Source of the DNA: Candidatus Acidiferrales bacterium | GTDB taxonomy: Bacteria > Acidobacteriota > Terriglobia > Acidiferrales > UBA7541 | Assembly: GCA_050012455.1 (NCBI GenBank) | Contig: JBEKHD010000017.1 | Coordinates: 13,046-77,045 of the forward strand | Length of the DNA stretch: 64,000 bases | Direction: 5' to 3' | Shown: positions 37,201 to 45,411 of the stretch, piece after piece | Layout of the letters: each line of letters opens with the position of its first letter | How positions within the stretch are numbered: the stretch's first letter is position 1 | Notes under the pieces: generated by a model | Database searches by the model: none | The model's input: only the letters and a program-made list of their open reading frames with translations | What the model was told of the DNA's origin: nothing | Translations under genes and position numbers: made by a program

Positions 37201-38154
37201 GCGCCGGGAACTCCTCCGACTACGTGCAGTGGTCTCACCTTGCCCTACAATGCGGCGCCAGGCGGCAGCACCTGCATCCCGGCCGGAACGACGATCGGTC
37301 CCAACGGCGTCACGCTCGACGGCCTGCGGAAATATTCCTCCCCCAATTGCCAGCCTTTGAGCGGGTCACTTTTCACGGGATGCCCATCAGACGGCGTGCC
37401 GGTTTTCGCGAATATTTTCGCGGAAAATACCATCGCCAATTCCAATTACAACGGCTTGCAAATTTCCGTCGAGAAAAATTATTCGCATGGCCTGCTGTTC
37501 CAGGCTTCCTACACCTTCAGCAAGGCGATTGACCAAGGCGCGTCCTTTGAAAACGAACTTGACCCGCTTAATTTCAATGGCACTCGGGGTCTTTCGCTGT
37601 TGGATGCGAAAAATCGCTTTGTATTTAGTCCCGTCTGGGATTTGCCAATTCCGAAATATGAGGGCGCCAAAGGGAAGTTTGTCGACGGCTGGGGCGCTTC
37701 CGCGATCATCACCTACCAGAGCGGTTTCCCGATCCGCGTTCAGGATGCCGACGACTCCGAACTCGAGAGCAGCACGTTCTTTGAAGACGCCAACACTCCC
37801 GAAGTCACCGGGCCGATTACGTTCATCAGCCCGAAGAACGGACCCTCTAACAACAACCCGAATCATCAGTACGTTGTCGGTAATTTCGCGGATTCGAGTC
37901 CTGGAACGTTTGGCAACGTGCCGCACTCGTTGTGCTGCGGTGCGCCTATCAGTAACACCGACCTTGTCATCTCCAAGAAGACGCCAATCAACGAACGGTG
38001 GAACACGGAGTTCCGCGCCGAATTTTATAACACCTGGAATCACACGCAATTCAACAATCCCGACGGGGACTTCACGGATTCCACCTTCGGTCAGGTCTTG
38101 AAGGTGCGTGAAGGCCCGCGGGTAATGCAGTTTGGTTTGAAGTTCCTGTTCTAG
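34240..38154 (+). CDS. Large TonB-dependent-receptor-like outer-membrane protein with N-terminal carboxypeptidase-regulatory-like domain
   Basis: GGAG RBS and signal peptide (LLALVGLFCCGTAWGQ). CarboxypepD_reg-like repeat GIVNDPSGAVVPGATVTA...DKDGAFDIPELAVGSYEV. Plug-like region (IRELPLNSRNAYALLQLQPGV). The C-terminus ends in an aromatic residue (...GLKFLF). Confidence 0.85.
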   Translation: MKTTGRLGVYLLALVGLFCCGTAWGQTNGSIRGIVNDPSGAVVPGATVTATLSGTDSQRSVTSDKDGAFDIPELAVGSYEVVADAQGFKKFVAKDVVISIGHVNFLTITLQIGRANDTVTVEANAVQVETTSTQLGAVMTDTSIRELPLNSRNAYALLQLQPGVQSQLGADLFAGSDNPGVVSVNGGRGRANNYMVNGGDGNDIFVNAPAIQPSPDAIEEFRVLTNTFDAEYGRNSGSVVNVVTKSGTNSIHGDFYDFLRNDALNTRGYFDNTIAPYKQNQFGATLGGPIKKDSTFIFGSYEGNRLHQGISTGTVLLPTTAEAGGDFSEGGQAQPFQGAIADQTFATLLNSRPGCSAAVLAQSGQVIAVGSSYGTTSSGPGIFTNVAANKEGQIPTQCFDPTAEALYNKYIAPLGTGSYSAVPLELVNNNQFTVRFDHKITANQQFTAYYYFENDASTAPISSFQGAGGNIPGFGSLFGTRVQQWNLSHTWTISPTAVNEFRFNYFREGQQTNNHPVNTLQTVQQSCGAAIPAANCFSDPGDIPAGITTDLPGHVGVPYINVSGGFAMGNNFEGELPQTGNTFQWTDNYTKIFGKHTTKFGVDVRRQRFDQFLYYDVSGEFNFTSANNADQILSDPTFPSYPNYFLGAPETYSQGAAQREDLRNTSLYLFAQDSYKLKSNLTLNYGLRWELNTPYFDTGNRLQTFRPGEATTQYPCWLSAANAAALGLTPGDCGENSGANNAVFPLGLVFPGDKGVPRGLTSTYYKGFAPRIGLAWSPSATDGWLAKLTGGPGNFSIRAGFGLFYNPIEQLVLEQFSAEPPFGGSSFVSNPQFNLPYLSQSGVQTPNPFTGVINQTPQTPCAVDPGGPPGCVDWSNFRSSIYYGEFQPNLKSQYAEQYNLTIERQLSKDMLLRVSYVGTQAHHLLASYDLNYGHAETCLGLDNLPVGSVSSFPGGPTSPAGTPPCGPFGSDAEYFIQPGTVIPTYTAAPGTPPTTCSGLTLPYNAAPGGSTCIPAGTTIGPNGVTLDGLRKYSSPNCQPLSGSLFTGCPSDGVPVFANIFAENTIANSNYNGLQISVEKNYSHGLLFQASYTFSKAIDQGASFENELDPLNFNGTRGLSLLDAKNRFVFSPVWDLPIPKYEGAKGKFVDGWGASAIITYQSGFPIRVQDADDSELESSTFFEDANTPEVTGPITFISPKNGPSNNNPNHQYVVGNFADSSPGTFGNVPHSLCCGAPISNTDLVISKKTPINERWNTEFRAEFYNTWNHTQFNNPDGDFTDSTFGQVLKVREGPRVMQFGLKFLF

Positions 38155-38172
38155 ACGAGAGGGTGGGCAGCG

Positions 38173-38209
38173 AAAGCGAGGGTGTCCGTCCTGGCGGGCC
38201 CCTCGCTTT
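38173..38209 (+). terminator. Possible intrinsic terminator after the OMP gene
   Basis: AAAGCGAGGG / CCCTCGCTTT 10-bp stem with a 17-nt loop, followed by GTTGCG. The T-tract is mostly inside the stem, so this is weak. Confidence 0.3.
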
Positions 38210-38364
38210 GTTGCGTAGAGACGGAACGCGGTGCGGGAGCGCGGCGGACCGGTGATGCGGTGGCCGTGCAGTAGTCGCCCAAACGCGCGACGCTGCGCGG
38301 AGTACAGCAATTAAGGTACGCCAGCGGTCCGTGCGGCAGCTGAGACAAGGGGATTGCCAGAGAG

Positions 38365-39522
38365 ATGAAGATTGTCGTTCTAGGCGCGGGATTGATGGGG
38401 CGCGCGGTGGTTTACGACCTGAGCGGTGCGCGGGAGGTCAAGAGCATCGTGGTGGCCGATTTCGATCGCGAGCGCGCGCAAGATGTAGCGCATAAATTCG
38501 GCCGCGCCATCACCCGCGCGGCATTCGCGGACGTACGCGCCACTTCGCAACTGGCGAAGTTGCTGCGGGGTTGCGACGTGGTGGTGAACTGTACGCAATA
38601 CAATTGGAATACGGACGTGATGCGCGCGGCGCTGGCGGCTCGCGTGAATTACATGGACCTGGGGGGCCTGTACCACATGACGCGCCAGCAATTTGCGCTG
38701 GATCGCGATTTCCGCCGCATCGGAAAGCTGGCCATTCCGGGCATGGGCGGCGCTCCGGGCATCACGAATGTGATGGCGCGCGCGCTGGCCGAGCCGCTGG
38801 ATCGTGTGGAGGCGATCAAGGTCTACAATGCGGGCGCGGACGAGCAGCGCTACGACAGCCCAGTCGCGTATTCGTTTTCGATCGCCACAATTCTGGATGA
38901 GTTGACCATGTCGCCCATCCATTTCGTGGGCGGTCGCTACGTCGAAAAAGAAATGCTCTCCGAGCCGGAAACCGAAACGTTTCCCGCGCCGATCGGCAAA
39001 ATCGTGCTGCGGCATTCGATTCATTCCGAGCTAGGCACGCTGGCCGAGAGCTTTCGCAAGAAAGGTGTGCGCGAGGTATTTTTTAAAATCAATTACGACC
39101 CGAAGCTGGTGGGCTTGGTGCGGTCGCTCGTAGACGCGGGATTCACCCAACGCGAGCCTATTGCCGTGAATGGCACGCAGGTGGCACCGCGCTCTGTATT
39201 GCTTGCGTTGCTCCAGAAAAAAGCTCCGGCGAAGACGCCGCTCGACGTGGAAGCACTGCGCGTGGTGGTCACCGGCCGCGCGGGTAAACGCCGTGTCGGC
39301 GCGGCCATGGAAATGTGGGCGGATCACAGTGCGCGGCCGCAATTTTCAGCGGTGGCGCGCGACACCGGCTTTCCAGCAGCGATTGCTGCGGTGATGCATG
39401 GGCGCGGCGAAATTCCCGGCGTGGGCGTGCAGGCGCCCGAAAATGTGGTGCCGCCCAATCCATTTTTCAGTGAATTGAAGAAACGCGGATTCACTTTCCG
39501 CCGGTGGAACGTAAAAGTTTAG
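38365..39522 (+). CDS. Saccharopine dehydrogenase family NAD(P)-dependent oxidoreductase
   Basis: MKIVVLGAGLMGRAVVYDL Rossmann start and the Sacchrp_dh N plus C architecture (…NCTQYNWNTDVMRAALAARVNYMDLGG…PGITNVM). Confidence 0.85.
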   Translation: MKIVVLGAGLMGRAVVYDLSGAREVKSIVVADFDRERAQDVAHKFGRAITRAAFADVRATSQLAKLLRGCDVVVNCTQYNWNTDVMRAALAARVNYMDLGGLYHMTRQQFALDRDFRRIGKLAIPGMGGAPGITNVMARALAEPLDRVEAIKVYNAGADEQRYDSPVAYSFSIATILDELTMSPIHFVGGRYVEKEMLSEPETETFPAPIGKIVLRHSIHSELGTLAESFRKKGVREVFFKINYDPKLVGLVRSLVDAGFTQREPIAVNGTQVAPRSVLLALLQKKAPAKTPLDVEALRVVVTGRAGKRRVGAAMEMWADHSARPQFSAVARDTGFPAAIAAVMHGRGEIPGVGVQAPENVVPPNPFFSELKKRGFTFRRWNVKV

Positions 39523-39583
39523 GTAAGTAGCGGCAAATCTCAGGGCCGTGCGTCGGCCACAGTACCAGCATTTGGAGGCAGTT

Positions 39584-40960
39584 ATGCACGAAGGACTGCA
39601 ACAGGAAATAACCAAATACGAAAAGCGCACGCCGCGTTCCAAGGCGGCGCATCACCGGGCGGAAGGCCGCTTGCCATTGGGCGTCGCGAGCAATTATCGC
39701 GCCTACGAGCCCTATCCGCTGTTTGTTCGCGATGGAAAGGGCGGACACATCCACGACATTGATGGCAACGAATATCTCGATTTCAATCTTTGCTTCGGCG
39801 CGCTGATGGCGGGGCACTGCCATCCCGCGGTGGTCAAGGCTGTGCAAGCGAAACTCGGCACTGGCACGATGTTCGGCATGCCGCACGATCTGGAATGGGA
39901 ACTCGCGGAAGAAATCTGCCAGCGCTTTCCGGTAGAGATGGTGCGGTTCAGTAATAGCGGAACGGAATGTACCATGCACGCGGTGCGTCTCGCACGCGCG
40001 GCCACCGGTCGCGATCGCATTATCAAGATGGAAGGCGGATATCACGGATTGCATGATTCCGTGCTCGTCTCGCTGAAGCCCAAGGCTAGTGAAATTGGCG
40101 ATCCGAATTTCCCCACCGCGGTTCCCGGCGGCTCTGGTATTCCAAAAGCGACGGTGCAGAACACTTCAATAGCGCAGTTCAATGACATTGCCGGCGTCGA
40201 GCGCCTGTTCGCCAAATATCCCGGCGAAATCGCCGCAATAATCGTTGAGCCGATCATGATGAACGTCGGGATCCTGATGCCGCAGCAGGGGTATCACCAG
40301 GCGCTGCGTGAAGTCACCAAGAAAAACGGCGCGCTGCTGATTTTCGACGAAGTAAAAACCGGCGCAAAACTCGCCTACGGCGGCGCATGCGAGTATTTCG
40401 CGGTGAAGCCGGACATCGTTTGCCTGGCGAAATCCATCGGCGGCGGCTTTTCTCTGGCGGCGTTCGCTTCGACGCGCCAGGTAATGGGTCAAATCTCCGA
40501 TCACAAAGTTTTTCACGGCGGCACCTACAACACCAATCCCGTCGCTATGGCTGCCGGCCTCGCCACGTTCCGCGAGGTGTTGACGAAGGATGCCTACACG
40601 CACGTCACCAAGCTCAACAAAAAACTGCTCGAAGGCTACAACAAGGAAATCAGCAAGAGCGGCCTGAACGCTTACACCATCGGAGCGGGGTCGAACGGCG
40701 CGCTGATGTTCTTCGACAAGCCCATCCGCAATTATCGCGATTGGCTGAATGCGGACAGCGAATTATGGCGGCACTATTGGTTCGCCATGGTCAATCGCGG
40801 CGTGATGGCCCAGCCTTATTGGTGGGACGAGCAGTGGACCATTTCCGTGGCGCACACTGAAGCGGACATTGACCGGCACATCGCGACGTTCGCGGAAATT
40901 GCGCCGGCTCTGGCGAAGGCGCAGAAGGAACCGCATGTCGCGGCGACTGCCGGCCACTGA
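39584..40960 (+). CDS. Class-III (HemL/GSA-aminomutase-like) PLP-dependent aminotransferase
   Basis: GGAGG RBS 6 nt before the ATG at 39584. FSNSGTECTMHAVRLARA, LLIFDEVKTG..LAKSIGGG (PLP Lys). It is closest in pattern to HemL, but a canonical hemL is already present at 25267. Confidence 0.85.
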   Translation: MHEGLQQEITKYEKRTPRSKAAHHRAEGRLPLGVASNYRAYEPYPLFVRDGKGGHIHDIDGNEYLDFNLCFGALMAGHCHPAVVKAVQAKLGTGTMFGMPHDLEWELAEEICQRFPVEMVRFSNSGTECTMHAVRLARAATGRDRIIKMEGGYHGLHDSVLVSLKPKASEIGDPNFPTAVPGGSGIPKATVQNTSIAQFNDIAGVERLFAKYPGEIAAIIVEPIMMNVGILMPQQGYHQALREVTKKNGALLIFDEVKTGAKLAYGGACEYFAVKPDIVCLAKSIGGGFSLAAFASTRQVMGQISDHKVFHGGTYNTNPVAMAAGLATFREVLTKDAYTHVTKLNKKLLEGYNKEISKSGLNAYTIGAGSNGALMFFDKPIRNYRDWLNADSELWRHYWFAMVNRGVMAQPYWWDEQWTISVAHTEADIDRHIATFAEIAPALAKAQKEPHVAATAGH

Positions 40961-41060
40961 TTCTTGCAGCTACCGTAGGCATTCGGGCGTCTCGCACAAG
41001 GTGATACGCGCGGCGCTCGAATGCCTGGCGCGCGAATTTTCCATTTGACGAGGAGTCCTT

Positions 41061-42491
41061 TTGGGCGAGCCGCTTCCAGTCGCAGCGACCACTGAAATGG
41101 TGCATCTGAAGCGTTCGCTCGGCCGTTGGGATCTCGTCGCGCTGTTCGTCGTCGCGGTGTTCAACCTCAACGTCGTGCCGAGCATCGCCGCAAATGGCGG
41201 AGTCACGGTTTGGCTTTGGCTGATTTCGCTCGTGCTGTTTTTCTGGCCGCAGGGAATTGCGGTGATCGAGCTGGCGCATCGTTATCCCGGCGAAGGTGGC
41301 GTTTATTTGTGGGCTAAGGAAGTTTTCGGCGACTTCCACGGTTTTCTTTCCGGTTGGTGCTACTGGACGAACAACATGATGTACGTGCCGACGGTGATGC
41401 TCTATTTCGTGGGTGTTTCGGTGTTCGTGCTGGGTCCGGGCCATCAAGGACTGGCGGATAATCGGGCTTTCACGGTGGTCGCGTCGCTTTTGCTGATGGC
41501 GTTGCTGGTGATTCTGAATATTGTGGGGCTGGGCGTCGGGAAATGGATCAACAATCTCGGCGGAATCGGAACAGGAGTCGCTGCCGCGGTACTGATCGGC
41601 CTGGGGCTCATCATGTTTTCGCGGTTTGGCACCACGGTGACGGCGGCGGATTTTCGCATTCCGGCCAATCCGCGATTTGTGTTGAATTCTTTTGGCGTGA
41701 TTTGTTTTGGACTTGTGGGCTTGGAGCTGGCGTCCGTGATGGGCGATGAAATCAAAGACCCGCAGAAAACTTTACCGGGCGCGGTGGCCTGGGGCGGAAT
41801 ACTTTCCGGCGTAATGTACATCGCGACGACGCTTACGTTGCTGATCGCCGTCAGCAAGAGCGACATCAACGTGTTGCAGGGCATCGTGCAGGCCGTCAGC
41901 CACATGGCCAGTCGCGTTGGCGCTGGTTGGATCGTCGCGCCGTTCGCGCTGATGCTGAGTATTTCGATCGCGGGAATCGGATCCGCGTGGCTCGCTGGTT
42001 CGGCGCGCATACCATTTGTCGCGGGCCTGGATTCCTACATGCCCAGCTGGTTGGGAAAGACGCACGCGCGTTTTGCGACGCCGTATGCGGCGCTGATCGT
42101 GCAAGGCATCGTGTCAATGATTCTGGTTCTGGTAAATGCGGTAGGGTCCGGTGTGCAAGAAACGTTTCAGCGCTTGCTTTCACTGGCCGTGGTGCTGCAG
42201 CTCGTTCCGTTTCTATACATGTTCGGTGCGTTGCTGAAAATTGCCGCGAATCCGGATTCGGGCAAGGGGCTGTACAGCAAAACGACGTTGTTTCTGGCCG
42301 GTGGCAGCGGGCTCGTTACCACTACGCTCGGCATCGTGCTGGCATTTTTCCCGGCGCAGCAGATTCGCTCTCTGCTCTCGTACGAGGCCTGGATGTTCGG
42401 CGGCACGGCATTTTTCATAGGCCTGGCCGTGTTTTTCTTTTATGTCTACGGCCGGCGCAAGGTAGCGCCTGCCGCAGCGACAAGCGTCTAA
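41061..42491 (+). CDS. APC-superfamily amino acid/polyamine permease
   Basis: AGGAG RBS followed by a TTG start. 12 TM segments with an N-terminal LKRSLGRWDLVALFVVAVFNL typical of APC transporters. Confidence 0.82.
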   Translation: MGEPLPVAATTEMVHLKRSLGRWDLVALFVVAVFNLNVVPSIAANGGVTVWLWLISLVLFFWPQGIAVIELAHRYPGEGGVYLWAKEVFGDFHGFLSGWCYWTNNMMYVPTVMLYFVGVSVFVLGPGHQGLADNRAFTVVASLLLMALLVILNIVGLGVGKWINNLGGIGTGVAAAVLIGLGLIMFSRFGTTVTAADFRIPANPRFVLNSFGVICFGLVGLELASVMGDEIKDPQKTLPGAVAWGGILSGVMYIATTLTLLIAVSKSDINVLQGIVQAVSHMASRVGAGWIVAPFALMLSISIAGIGSAWLAGSARIPFVAGLDSYMPSWLGKTHARFATPYAALIVQGIVSMILVLVNAVGSGVQETFQRLLSLAVVLQLVPFLYMFGALLKIAANPDSGKGLYSKTTLFLAGGSGLVTTTLGIVLAFFPAQQIRSLLSYEAWMFGGTAFFIGLAVFFFYVYGRRKVAPAAATSV

Positions 42492-42519
42492 TTAAGGCTA
42501 GCATCAGTAGGGAGGCTCT

Positions 42520-44031
42520 GTGGCAAGCAAGGCTAAGGCGATCGCAGCGAAGAACGCGAAATCAAAAGCGGGCGCACGTAAATATAAGATGTACATCAAC
42601 GGCGAATTTGTCGAAGCGCACAGCCGCAGCGTTTTCCCTGTTTACAATCCCTCCACGGAAGAAGTCATCGCCCAAGTCCCCGAAGCAGATGAAAAAGATG
42701 TGGATCGCGCTGTAGCGGCCGCCAAAACAGCTTTCAATTCCGGCGCATGGCCGCAAACTACTGCGCAGGACCGCGGCCGCATTCTATTTCGTCTGGCCGA
42801 ACGCATTCGCAAGGAAGCGGCGCACCTGGCTGATCTCGAGTGCCGCAACTCCGGCAAGCCGATTGTCGAAGCGGAGTATGACATCGCCGACGCCGCCACC
42901 TGTTTCGAGTATTACGGCGGCATGGCTACCAAAGTTCTGGGCCACGTAAATCCCGTGCCGGATAACGCGCTAAGCCTTTCGCTGCGCGAACCCATCGGCG
43001 TCGCCGCGCAAATCATTCCGTGGAATTATCCTTTGCTGATGGCTGCGTGGAAACTCGCGCCGGCTATCGCGGCGGGCTGCTGCTGCATCTTGAAGCCTGC
43101 TGAGCAGACTCCGCTCACAGCGCTCGAATTTGCGGGATATCTCAGTGACGCCGGATTGCCGCCCGGCGTCGTTAACATTATCACCGGCTTTGGCGAAGGC
43201 GCGGGCGCACCGCTCGTGAAGCATCCGGACGTGAACAAAGTTGCCTTCACCGGCAGCGGAGCAGTGGGCAAAGCGATTGTGAAGATGGCGGCGGACACGC
43301 TGAAGCGCGTCACGCTTGAACTCGGTGGAAAATCGCCGAACATATTTTTCGCCGATGCGGATTTCGAAGCCGCGATTGACGGCGCGCTGTTCGGCGTGTT
43401 CATCAATCAGGGCGAAGTCTGCTCCGCGGGCAGCCGCATCCTGGTGGAAAAACCGATCTATTCGAAGTTTGTCCAAGCCATGGCCTCCAAAGCCAAGAAA
43501 ATCCGCCTCGGCCCGCCACTCGAACGCGAAACAAAGATGGGCCCGCTCGTCAGCAAAGAGCAGTTCGACCGCGTCAGCGCATACCAAGAGATCGGCAAGA
43601 AGGAAGCGAAGCTTGCTGCCGGAGGCGGGCGCCCTTCGTCCATGAAGCACGGTTATTACGTGGAACCGACGATTTTCTACGACGTGGATAATTCCGCGCG
43701 CATAGCCCGCGAAGAAATCTTCGGGCCGGTGGCGACGGTGATTCCATTTACGAATGAAGCCGACGCTATCAAAATCGCGAACGATACGCCTTACGGCCTT
43801 GCCGCCGCCGTGTGGTCGCGCGATATTTTCAAAGCGTTCCGCGTGGTGAAAGCTTTGCGCGCCGGAATCGTGTGGGTGAATCACATGCAACCCACGTACG
43901 TCGAAGCGCCGTGGGGCGGTTACAAGCAATCCGGTTTTGGCCGCGAGCTCGGCCCCTGGGGCATCGAAGAATATCTGGAAACCAAGCAAGTGCACATCAA
44001 CCTGAACGAACAGCCCATCGGATGGTACTGA
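42520..44031 (+). CDS. NAD(P)-dependent aldehyde dehydrogenase (aminobutyraldehyde/betaine-aldehyde DH-like)
   Basis: GGGAGG RBS followed by a GTG start. ALDH motifs FTGSGAVGK, LELGGKSP (catalytic Glu) and GEVCSAGSR (catalytic Cys). Confidence 0.9.
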   Translation: MASKAKAIAAKNAKSKAGARKYKMYINGEFVEAHSRSVFPVYNPSTEEVIAQVPEADEKDVDRAVAAAKTAFNSGAWPQTTAQDRGRILFRLAERIRKEAAHLADLECRNSGKPIVEAEYDIADAATCFEYYGGMATKVLGHVNPVPDNALSLSLREPIGVAAQIIPWNYPLLMAAWKLAPAIAAGCCCILKPAEQTPLTALEFAGYLSDAGLPPGVVNIITGFGEGAGAPLVKHPDVNKVAFTGSGAVGKAIVKMAADTLKRVTLELGGKSPNIFFADADFEAAIDGALFGVFINQGEVCSAGSRILVEKPIYSKFVQAMASKAKKIRLGPPLERETKMGPLVSKEQFDRVSAYQEIGKKEAKLAAGGGRPSSMKHGYYVEPTIFYDVDNSARIAREEIFGPVATVIPFTNEADAIKIANDTPYGLAAAVWSRDIFKAFRVVKALRAGIVWVNHMQPTYVEAPWGGYKQSGFGRELGPWGIEEYLETKQVHINLNEQPIGWY

Positions 44032-44032
44032 C

Positions 44033-45397
44033 ATGCCTACAATCCAATTGCGCACCGCGATACCCGGTCCTAAATCTCTGGAGCTGATGCGCCGCCGTCA
44101 GGCCGCTGTACCGCGCGGGGTCGCTCACGCCACGCCGATTTTCGCAGCGCGCGCGGAAGGCGCGATTCTGGAAGATGTGGACGGCAATCGTTTCATCGAT
44201 TTCGCCGGAGGCATTGGTGTGCAGAATGCCGGCCATCGCCCTCCGCGCGTGGTCGCCGCGATTCGCGAGCAGCTCGACGCGTTCATGCACACCTGCTTCA
44301 GCGTAGCGCCGTACGAAAAGTATATTGCGCTCGCGGAAAAGCTGAATTCGCTGGTGCCCGGGAATTTCGCAAAAAAAACAATTTTGCTCAACAGCGGCGC
44401 CGAGGCTATCGAGAACGCGGTGAAAATCGCGCGCGCCTACACGCGCCGTCCGGCGATCATTTGTTTTGAGGACGCGTTTCATGGCCGCACCATGCTCACG
44501 ATGTCGCTCACCAGCAAGACGCATCCCTATAAAGCGGGCTTTGAGCCCTTCGCCGCCGACATTTACCGTATTCCTTACGCGTACTGCTACCGCTGCTCGT
44601 ACTCTCTGAAATATCCGAGCTGCAATGTTTTTTGCGCTCACCACCTCGAAGACACTTTCAAACGCATGGTGGCCTCCGAAGCGGTCGCGGCGGTGGTGGT
44701 TGAGCCGGTCCTCGGCGAAGGCGGCTTCGTCGCGCCGCCGCCGGAATTTTTCAGCGCGCTGCACGAAATCTGTAAGCGCCACGAAATTCTCTTGATCGCC
44801 GACGAAGTGCAAACCGGGTTTGGGCGTACCGGCGCGATGTTCGCCTCCGAGCGCTATGGCATCGTTCCTGACATTCTGGTGAGCGCGAAATCCATCGCCT
44901 CCGGCATGCCGCTTGCAGCGGTCACGGGCCGGGCGGAGATTATGGATACACCGGGTCTAGGCGGTCTGGGCGGCACGTACGGCGGGAATCCGCTCGCCTG
45001 CGCGGCGGCGCTGGCCGCGATCGAAATTCTGGAGCGCGAAAATCTTTCCGCGCGCGCCGAAGAACTGGGCGCTCGATTTGAATCGCGCGCTAAAGAGTGG
45101 AAGAATCGCTGGCCGCTGATCGGCGATGTTCGCGGACTCGGTGCGATGCGGGCGCTGGAACTCGTGCGTTCGGCGGATAACCGCGAGCCTGCCAAGGAAG
45201 AGACCGAGCAAGTGCTCCGTCATTGCCGGGAGCGCGGCTTGATTTTGCTGTCCTCGGGAACTTACGGCAATGTGCTGCGCTTGCTGGTGCCGCTGGTCGT
45301 CACCGCGGAGCAGTTCGACGAGGGGCTGAACGTTCTCGAGGCTGCGCTCGCGGTTGTGGCCGAATCGCAAGTGGAAACCGCTCCGCGCCGCGCATAA
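44033..45397 (+). CDS. gabT: 4-aminobutyrate--2-oxoglutarate aminotransferase
   Basis: N-terminus RRQAAVPRGVAHATPIFAARAEGAILEDVDGNRFIDFAGGIGVQNAGH, then LLIADEVQTGFGRTG and SAKSIASG (PLP Lys). The start is 1 nt after the upstream ALDH stop. Confidence 0.88.
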   Translation: MPTIQLRTAIPGPKSLELMRRRQAAVPRGVAHATPIFAARAEGAILEDVDGNRFIDFAGGIGVQNAGHRPPRVVAAIREQLDAFMHTCFSVAPYEKYIALAEKLNSLVPGNFAKKTILLNSGAEAIENAVKIARAYTRRPAIICFEDAFHGRTMLTMSLTSKTHPYKAGFEPFAADIYRIPYAYCYRCSYSLKYPSCNVFCAHHLEDTFKRMVASEAVAAVVVEPVLGEGGFVAPPPEFFSALHEICKRHEILLIADEVQTGFGRTGAMFASERYGIVPDILVSAKSIASGMPLAAVTGRAEIMDTPGLGGLGGTYGGNPLACAAALAAIEILERENLSARAEELGARFESRAKEWKNRWPLIGDVRGLGAMRALELVRSADNREPAKEETEQVLRHCRERGLILLSSGTYGNVLRLLVPLVVTAEQFDEGLNVLEAALAVVAESQVETAPRRA

Positions 45398-45411
45398 TCC
45401 GAGGACCGTTC

